From assembly GCA_000320545.1 (NCBI GenBank), contig ADNK01001890.1, positions 1 through 64,000 on the forward strand: DNA of 64,000 bases, written 5' to 3'. The position numbers and the translations under genes are program-made. This DNA comes from Bigelowiella natans CCMP2755 (lineage: Eukaryota; Protista; Cercozoa). Shown piece by piece: positions 54,515-64,000 of the stretch (the first letter of the stretch is position 1; the number at the start of each line of letters is the position of its first letter). The notes beneath the pieces were generated by a model that saw only the letters and a program-made list of their open reading frames with translations, was not told the DNA's origin and did no database searches.

Positions 54515-55644
54515 ATGTCACCGCGCGCAGCACTGATCATTGTGCACATCCTGTGTACAGTTCTTATCGGTACAGAGGGAATAGAGTTTTACCCTCGAGA
54601 TGTTCCCCTCGACGTTCGAAATCTTAACCCCGTGACTTATAAGGAACTAGTCTTAGCCGGCATAGACACGAAGGTGGGGAAACATCATTTTGCAGGCATG
54701 CTCTGGATTTATTATCATCTGAGCTGTCGGTGGCATCTACAACCAAACCCCTATTTGAAGCCATAAAATCTAATCGTTCTCTTGACTTTAGGGTGGAAAA
54801 TGCTTTCATGTAGTGAAATTCTACTCAAGCGCTGGAGATGTAAACCTAGATCCCCACTTTGCTCGCTCTGTGAGGTTGCGCAGTTATATTATCGAGGCAG
54901 CTGCAGAATTTCGGTGATGTAATTTTCTCTGCCAATTTTCTCTGAATTCTAAAATCATCTGTCCGGATGATGATTATTATTTTATTATTTTAATCATTCT
55001 AATTAGCTGGCTGTGGCCCCTCCCCCCTCCCTTTGTTCCTCCTTTTCGCACCACTTTTCGTACCAGAAACACCGCGGCTGTGGTGAGTGCAATCGACTGG
55101 GAAACAAAGGCAAATCGAGCCCTTTTTCGAGAGCAAGGAATTAAGCGCCGACACTCACTGCCAGTTGTAAAAATCTTTGCCCCTGACGGTAGCAGCGAAG
55201 TCTTTACAGGTTTGGAGGAGGAGGAGGAGGAGGAGGAGTAAGAAGAAGAAGGAGAAGAAGAAAAAGAAGAAAAAGGGTTGGTGATGTGATGATGATGACT
55301 ATACTTTCTACTGCCCCTGCAGTTGCAATCGTGTGAAGAAATGATTGATGGCCTTAATAGCCCAGCATGTGTGATGTCTGTTCAAAAGGCAAGTATGACG
55401 AGCTGGTAGAATATGTCAAAATCCAAGTGCAGTCCTACGTGAAAAGAAATCGAAGGAGTTTGATGCCCAAATTGAGGCATGTTGTCGCAAATACTAAAGT
55501 TAGAGCAGCTAGTACTACTAGTACTACTAGCACTTTCGAGAGTTTCATGGAGAAACAGGGTCCTGGAGTCATTTTTGCATATGAGCCAAAAAGAGGAGGT
55601 AGCTCAATCCGTTGATCGGTTGGTGAATTTGTTGGTGATGATGA

Positions 55645-55684
<40 letters not shown>

Positions 55685-57488
55685 TGTTTGTGTGCATGTG
55701 TTTGTGTGCATAGTCCTGTATTTATTGCACATAATATATTAATTCAAAGGAGAAGCCAGGGTTAGAGCTGAGCAAACTGCAGCTGCTCTCGCATTGAATT
55801 TCCATGGAAAGCTACGATTTGCAAAAACAAGCGATAAGAAAGTCGTTAAGCTATTGGACAGTGGCAGTGGCAGCAACACAATCAAAATGCCGGTTTTTTT
55901 CTTCATCTATGAAAAGTACAAAAAAGAAGAAGTAGAAGAAGGCCCAAAGAGAGGAGTACCACTAAAAGCTGTTGCAGCATATCCATCAGCAAGTCCTTCG
56001 TACGAGTCGTTGCAGGCATGGTTGGTACGATTTGAGGCCGCCGCTGCTGCTGCTGCTGCTGCTGATGGTGGCAGTGGAGGCGGTGGGGGGAGACGAGGAG
56101 GAGGGGGTAGTAAGATGATAGAGAATAGTGCTGGTACAAGCACCAAAATGATGATGATGATGATGGAAGGAATCTCCCCCTTGTCTTATATACCTCAACT
56201 CGAAGGTAATAATAACAGTATATAAAGCAGCAGTAGCATTAGTAGTAGTAGTCTTAGAGAAATAGACACTTGTATGCTTATCGGTTATAATATACCTTCT
56301 TACTATGCTTCCCCACTTACTGAAGGTGTCTGATCATGATCATGATGATGATGAAGGTTTTTCTTTGCAACATATAATGATATACCTGTTTCGTTTGCTG
56401 TGATGTGCATGTGCTGATCATCATCGCCCCTGACGTCATTCTTTTGGATGATGATATTGTCTTCCTCGAAGCATGTTATCTTTCATCACAGCTACTTGTT
56501 GCCGTCTTTGTAATATGTAGTAAATTGAAAGCTCCTATGATGATAAATTTACCTGCGGCATGTGATGATGACAATTAACTGAACTGTTCAGGAAATGGGT
56601 GTCTAGAGAACCTCTGTGTGCGACGAGGGGGTATATGCGTAATGGCATTCATTCATCGTGATGAGAAGACTACTACTGCCTCTGAGTTTCACTATCAGAT
56701 TGAAATCCTAAGGCAGGTCAAACGGTCCCTTATTACTCGGGTCGGTGTTGTAACTACTAACGCTATTCACATTGTTTGGGCAAATGCTGGCCTTTATGGG
56801 GAGTGGGTAAAAACGATGTTTGGTCTTGAGGAGGTTGGATTTACCCGGATAATAGCTTGGTGGCCAACGAAGAAGCTATGGGCCCCATATATTAAGGCAG
56901 TTGACAATGTAAATGAATTGACACTTTGGTTGGAGACCGCCTCATTGAGGGGTGCAAAGGGAATACTTCCTAGTCCTGAGCCTATTCTCTATACCAACGA
57001 CTATAAGACTTACGATGATCATTATGTGGATGATGATGAAAGCATAGATGCTGCTGTTGAACGAGTAGGAGGAGGAGTAGCAGCTAATTTCTCCACCGAT
57101 GACCCGGCCAAGTAATTCATCAAATTTTCCATAATATAAACACTTGTACTATCATCGTTGTTGATTTACGAGAGATAGACCCCAAACGGCTTCTTTGTAA
57201 CGTTTTATGATGCGTGCTGATCTTCTTCAAATGCGCCATCCACCACAAACGACAACAGCTTCTCTCACAGGAATAATTAGCAAGAAACTAAAATGAATAC
57301 ATACGTTTATTGTATAGATATCCTGGAGACAAAGTCTGCCTTTGGATGAGCTTCGGTGTTGCTCCTGACCAACTCCGAACAGATGACTTCAATCGTCGCG
57401 TTGAAGTTCAACTTAGAGAACGATGTAAGTAGTATCACATCTAGTGCTTATATATATCATGATATTAGTAACCACATATTATAAATTG

Positions 57489-57526
<38 letters not shown>

Positions 57527-58867
57527 ATAGCACATGCTTTTATTTCTAATCACATCTCTTATCTTCCTTTTACAAGCATCTACAACCTATTAATTGCTTC
57601 TCAATATTGTCAAGTAATAGTAGTGGTAGTAGTAGAAGTAGTAAGAAGGCCTTAATGATGTGTTCTTAGCGAGTAGCTCTTGGATGGACGAAGAGGGAAA
57701 AAAACAGCAAGAGAAAGGACAAGATACTATTGGTAACAACGACACACAACAGCAACAACAACGAGAAGAAGAAGACGATGATGATGATGATGATAGTGAT
57801 GATGATGACCTTGCTGCTGCTGCTGCTGCATCCCTCCAGGATCAAGAAAACATCTTTATCGCTTTGCAAGACCGAGAAACAAGTGGGGGGTAAGTTACAA
57901 CCTGACGGCTGCTACATTCTTTGATAATGTGGTCGAGAGTCCATCTCATTGGTTAGTGTGGTTCAATGGCGGCTTCGGATACAACAATCACAACAACAAC
58001 GATCATGAAGATGATGATGAGGACGAGGATAACGGTGCTGGGTATAATAAACAAAGACTCGAAGCTTGGAACAAGGCAGCCAAGTTGATGAGGGGGAAAG
58101 TACAATTCGGTATGATTTCGGCCTATGAGCGTGCTGATGAGATTTTAGCTTCTATTGGATTAAAGCACACGAGCAGTAGCAGAAGCAGCAGCAGCAGCAG
58201 CAGCAGCATTTTACTTTTTCCTGCAAGGACGTTATGGGGGAATAAAAAGAGCAAGGTACAAGCTTCCGTGTGGTTGCGTGAGCAGTCTCATCCTCACCAA
58301 AAGCAGCAGCAGCAGCAGCAGCAGCATCACAGCGAGAATGAGGATGATGGATTTACTACTCTGGATCCGACTGATGCTATTGATATCGTGCGTTTTGCGA
58401 ATTCCTTGTTTGAGCAACACCCAAATGATAAATATAAGAAGCACAACAGGCATGGCAATAGCCATGATGCTGTGGTATTCCGGGTCGATAACTCCGAACC
58501 TTCTCAGTCAATACAAGCGTGGATATCAGATGGTTCTGTGAAGCCGCGACTACTTCTATTTCCTAATAAAGACATAGCAAACAACATAAAAGTCCCCACA
58601 CTACTCCAAGCCTTGGCCATTGAATTCGGTCATATCATGCATTGTGCTCTAGCAAAGAGATCCGATGAGAAGCTTGCACACCAGGCTCAGGTTACAAGAT
58701 TTCCTGCGGTCAGAATATTGTCCACCACTGCAGGGAAGGGTGGCCGCTTTGGTGAAATGAAAATATCTGATTACGAAGGAGACATTAATTTTAACTCCTT
58801 GGCCAGATTCTTGGATAGTAACACACGAATAGTGGCAAAGCATCACAGAAACAAAGATGAATTGTAG
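54515..58867 (+). CDS. ER-resident multi-thioredoxin-fold (PDI/P5-like) protein lacking CxxC, C-terminal KDEL
   Basis: Signal peptide; Trx-like VRNLNPVTYKELVL..HVVKFY and YNLTAATFFDNVVESPSHWLVWF..AWNKAAKLMRGKVQFG; P5 b-like ICVMAF; QVTRFPAV; YEGDINFNSLARFL; NKDEL*. Intron 57732-57839 restores frame into the last ORF. Confidence 0.8.
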
Positions 58868-59484
58868 TAGTTCTATTCCAGCTGATTTTTAAATCTCAAT
58901 ATTTGCCCATACATCTTTTTTAGATTACGCGAGCGGTCGCTCTAGCTAGTTAGCCAATAAGTGCATGCAATGATAATGTGAGCTTATTAATTCACAGTGC
59001 ACCATGCTACATGATTGTGTTCAACATAGTATGGCGACTAGCTACCTAGCTAGACGGTGGTGTACAATATATGCTAGTATGTATTTGGCAATTGACAATC
59101 GGGCCAGCAATTATTGTGGCACAATAAGTTGTATATCAACATATTAAAATGACGCACGTATTATACATGTATTATTGTCTAAGTGCATGCATTCTAGTCT
59201 ACTCTGCTCGTCACCATCGCTCAACGAGTAGTACACGATTCGACGTGCGTATGCAGCAATGTATGCGCGGCCAAAAACAAATGTTGCGTGTACTTGTGAT
59301 AGCCATATGCAAAATCCTGTTGTTTGGTGTGCACGACTGCATCATGCAATGAAATCATTACATGCGTGCGATGCGCATGCATCGACATTTCGTAGGTCAA
59401 TGGTTGCTTATAATAGTATATATTACTTGTCTCGCTCATTACTGCTAAAAACACAATTATCACAGCTAGTGCTAACAATAGTGA

Positions 59485-60688
59485 TTAGGACCGCTGTCCT
59501 CCTCTTTTTCGCAGTAGAGCACGAGGATATCCTAGCCCTATAATTTCCGACTGACTATCGTCAGGTAATGACGCTGCATGAAAGCTGCCTCTTTGGAAAC
59601 TACCATCTGATGCATGGATGCTGTAGTTACTACGATCACTAAAATTGAAGAATGTAGTACCTCGAGAGTAGTTTCCAAAAGAAATGCTGCTCTGCTGCCT
59701 AAAGTTATTAGCAGCAGATGCCCCAGCATTTCTTCCTTTCAATTTCTTACCTTGTAGAATTTCCCCAATGTTTTTCCTCCTTCCTCGTCCGAGTCTTAGT
59801 GTAACGCTACCAAGTTTAAGCTCAACACCATCTCCACCATTTCTACTACCTAATTTGACCAAAATTAAACAAAAATGATTTTGAGGTTACAACACCTCAC
59901 TCTTAATCGATCAAACCAAGAGGCAGCAGTAAAAGAAGGCAAGGTCATCATCCAACAACTAGAATTATATCAAATTAACTACTTTTGTTGTTTAGTTCAC
60001 AAACGACCTTCTCTTTTTTCATTTCCATCATCATCATGATGTCGTAGTCTCGCATCTTCATTAGAAGCTCCTCTATTGAGAGCACCACCATATCCATTGC
60101 CATTAACTTTTCTGCTGGTGCTGCTGGTGGTGATACTGATGCTGCAATGACCATTTGAGGGGACAGTAGGTGTAGTAGTAGTACCAATAGTAGCATTAGT
60201 GGCACTAGGAAATTTGGTTGTAGTAGCATCTCTTCTCCTGTTTTTTCTTCCTTGTTCTCCTCCTCCTCCTCCTTTCTTCGTCGCTAAAGATGCTAAGAAA
60301 TCTTGGAGCGATTGGCCACCAGCGGGAATGCAGTTTATTTGAGATGGTGGTGGTGGTGATGATGATGATGATGGAGCTCCTGATTCGAATTTATAGTTTC
60401 TCTTCCTTTTCGTCGATGATCCTGTAGTACTACCGCCAACCCTCTGATTTGCACCTTCTTTTCTTTCTTCTTCTTCGTCCATCATTCCCACGTGTGATGA
60501 TGATGATAATGATGATGATTTTGGCCAATGCTGCTGCTCCAATTGTCGGTTCTTGGGAAGAAGGCAAAAGCAGGTAGATGCAAGTTAAGCAGTGAGTATA
60601 CAAATTCAACCTTATTATTATTATTATTAGTAGTAGTTGGGTTATGATGGCCCTCTTCTTCCTTCTTCTTCCCAACAGTTACAAGAGG

Positions 60689-60723
<35 letters not shown>

Positions 60724-60857
60724 CACCTTATAGACGTGCCATGGAACTGTATATACAGTAGATGATAATGGTGTTGAAGGAGAGCAGCTGAAAGAAGGGA
60801 GAAAGAGAGGTGATAATAAGATTATGAGATATTAGATAGACGATAATAATGATGACC

Positions 60858-60907
<50 letters not shown>

Positions 60908-61023
60908 ATATTTTTGTATTTATATGTGCACACCCCTACCCCTCTGGGGAGAAGTGGGAGGAGTATCATCATCATTGGGCTGCTGCCTGCTCTTCATCTC
61001 AATCCCCCCCCCCCCCCCCCTTG

Positions 61024-61055
<32 letters not shown>

Positions 61056-61694
61056 TATTCATATGTCAGAGCTGCTGCTATTGTCTACTCTCCCCTACCC
61101 ATCATTGCACCATTTTGCAAGCATCTGAGCGATCTTTCTATCCACTTGTTTAACAAATGTACTGTAGCAGCAGCAGTAGTAGTACAAAATTAAAAATTCA
61201 ATAAGCAACACAACAAGAAGCGGAAAATAGCCATATATCAAGTAAGATTAAAGGAAGAGGAGGAGGAGGATAAGGAAGGAAAATATTGAGATTCGACCTT
61301 TGAATTGACCGAGAAAACGAGTTTATTATTATAGTAGTAGTAGTAGAAGTAGTAGTAGAAGTAGTAGTAGAAGTAGTAGTAGTGGCAGTACTTGTGGAAG
61401 TAATAGGTAGTAGTAGTATTAGCGGTAATGTATATAGCACTGAGCGACAATCAAGTAGTAGTACCTATTTGCTAACAAATTTGACAATGATGCTTGTTGC
61501 TCATTTATCAAGCCCAAAATCTAATAATGTAGTTATAAATCGCTAAGGTAAAAGTTATTTATGACGATAATGATGATTGGGAGAGTGGTGAGGTGATAAT
61601 GAGGGGGATGATGATGATCATGATAATGATGATGAGGATGATCATTTTAAATTCTTTAATGATGGATTACACCTCTATCAGCGGTTGATTTGTG

Positions 61695-61730
<36 letters not shown>

Positions 61731-62245
61731 TCTACCTTGAGTTCCTTGAGGGATTTCTCACGATTTGTCTTATCCACGTAATTTGCAGAAATAGCTACAG
61801 TATCATCCAAATTCTGCACGTAATGTGCACTTCCCTGTTGTTATTTATTCATTTACTTACTTTCCTACATAACAATTACTATTTATTTCAATAGTGCGAC
61901 ATGAAGAAGGTCTTACACATATTCTTGAGCCACAAATACTACTTACTACTCATATAAACTACATTTACTTTGGTAATGACAAGAGCGAGACACGATGATT
62001 ACATACATACACACACGCGACAACGACGACGATCAGTAATGATGATGATCATGATGATGGTTGATGATGATGTAATTGGGCATTTGTTGTACCACATGTT
62101 TTTATTTTCAATTTATTTTCAGAAATTTTACGGTTCATTTACATTTTTGATTATTTGGTTTGGAATATAGTTGTGGCGTGGTAATAATAGTACCGCTGGA
62201 ACAAATAGCACTTCTCCTGGATGGAGAATCAACTCGGTAAAAGTG

Positions 62246-62277
<32 letters not shown>

Positions 62278-62454
62278 ACTGCTGCTGGAATATTTTAATA
62301 ATCGTGACTTTATTAGTTTGAATTGCTGAGGATCTCGAGGTGAAAGACGAAAAGTGGGATCCAGAGTTGTTGACAGCCATTCTGGATCCAACTCATGTGT
62401 GTCTTCTTCCCGGAAGAATATCCATTTCTTTCGGCCCTTTGATTGTTGTTGTTT

Positions 62455-62491
<37 letters not shown>

Positions 62492-62666
62492 CAGTAGGAT
62501 GAGCAGTAGAAAGTGGAGGAAGAGAAAGGAATGAACGACTTAATGAATTGCTGATAGGATATCTAACTAAATATGATGATATCATCAGGAGGGCACATCT
62601 GCCTTTCTCCTCCTCTTCCTCCTCCTCCATGCCACTGTTGGTGGTACTACTAGTTGTATTTTAAAA

Positions 62667-62700
<34 letters not shown>

Positions 62701-62735
62701 GTGCAAGTTATGAATAACATGTGTAAATGGTAGTG

Positions 62736-62766
<31 letters not shown>

Positions 62767-63779
62767 AAGAAGTAGCAGTAGTAGTATCACGATTACCACC
62801 ATCAGTTGTTATCTATCACCACATTCATACTGATGTTCAGTGTCATGACGAGATGATGATGATGATGATGATGATGGTTATAATATACTACTTGCATGAG
62901 GCCCATCCAAAAGTTAGACTGAAATGCATCGATGTGAAGATCACTGGTGATGATAGTGGATTAATGGCAATGAAGTGAGTTCAAAAGCAGCAAACAGCAG
63001 CAACAATACTGAATCTAACCCTCCCTCCTCTAATGAGCTGCACTAGTACTGAGAGGAAGGGAACAAACGATTGATTTCCATCATCAGCAACAACTGCAGC
63101 AGCAGCACCTGTAGGTCCCTTTTGCTCCAACAAACAACGATGGCCATGTATCTTTGTACATAGATCCTGCTGGCATGTGCTGCAAGTAGTCCTGATCATC
63201 ACCATCAGAGGATAAAAATGATAAAGAGAATTACAATACTACTAATAATGAATAGGGGCTACAAATAGTAATACCAATAATTAATACCAACAATATAACT
63301 GTCTTCTTCCTCCTCCTCCATCTTCTCCATATGACGTCATCAGCAGACTTGTACATTAAACAATACTCCTCACAACTCTTTATGATCTATCTAACACTCT
63401 ACTAGATTGATGCTATTAAACCATCATCATCATCATCATCATTCTCATCTATCTAACACTCTACTAGATTGCTGCTATTAAACCATCATCATCATCATCA
63501 TTCTCATTATCATAGTAAATTCCCCCACAAACATACATACATACATACATACATACATACCCCAGAAAAGTATTTAGGTATTCCAATGATCTCTTCTAAA
63601 AGCTCAGGACAGTGCATTTCGATGCTCCAGTCGTGGCAATAGCTATTTATTTCAAACACATCAATCAATCAATCAATCAACCAATCAATCCCGTACAGAG
63701 AATTGCATCATAATAAGTATATTGTCGTTGTTATTGTCAATTGAACAACAGAATTTAATAAGAATAATGCTTCTGCGTC

Positions 63780-63816
<37 letters not shown>

Positions 63817-64000
63817 CTCTTTTTCAATGCAGCATCACCGTTCTGAATACCATCAATAAAATCTGCAAAAGTCTAAACACCACAAGGCAAAGAATAATGG
63901 GGAGGAAGAATAATAATTGAGCGCCCCTTTCTCCACAAATTGTAGTGTACATTTGACTTACTTACATCCAGCAGTATTAAAGGCAGCAACCATCACGTCA
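59485..64000 (-). CDS. JmjC-domain 2OG oxygenase (JMJD4/JMJD6-like), 5' partial, long low-complexity C-terminus
   Basis: Exons TFADFID, YCHDWSIEMHCPEL..IPKYFS, WPSLFVGAKGTY|SDLHIDAFQSNFWMGLMQ|GRKKWIFF (HxD), LHPGEVLFVPA|GSAHYVQNLDDTVAISANYVD. Attachment of the 59485-60560 exons is less certain. Confidence 0.85.
63385..63505 (+). repeat. Tandem duplication of ~60 bp in a JmjC intron
   Basis: ATCTATCTAACACTCTACTAGATTG(A/C)TGCTATTAAACC(ATC)nATTCTC occurs twice. Confidence 0.9.

Noticed and set aside
57175-57424. SEP-domain-like reading (PNGFFV..GVAPDQLR..VEV)
   Set aside because: Splice phases favour the PQTASL frame, and SEP domains are not luminal.

Overview
Gene-dense, intron-rich eukaryotic nuclear DNA with GT-AG introns packed with (TAC/GTA)n, (CAT)n, (CA)n, (TA)n and (GA)n microsatellites. 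A signal-peptide plus basic transit-peptide leader on an SDR gene suggests an alga with a secondary plastid, probably a chlorarachniophyte such as Bigelowiella (inference). About 16 protein genes can be assembled by hand: C2H2 zinc-finger TF, 2OG-Fe(II) oxygenase, SAM methyltransferase with an inserted RNPS1/SR45-type RRM, DEK_C-like unknown, GILT, NHL/mucin membrane protein, 5'-nucleotidase-like phosphoesterase, signal-peptide protein kinase, aldo-keto reductase, OST3/OST6, ABP34-like actin bundler, plastid SDR, redox-inactive PDI-like protein, a partial JmjC protein and three further unknowns. Most are in head-to-head pairs. Main novelties: (1) sharply bounded intergenic domains almost purged of TpA except in CTAG, pointing to a localized A>G/T>C mutator that spares TAG; (2) the RRM-in-methyltransferase chimera with a possible intron-retention switch; (3) an in-frame TGA in the kinase that could be removed by a 15-18 nt micro-intron; (4) an OST3 with a spliced KDEL tail. 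Exon models and motif counts are manual; family assignments come from remembered consensus sequences, not searches.
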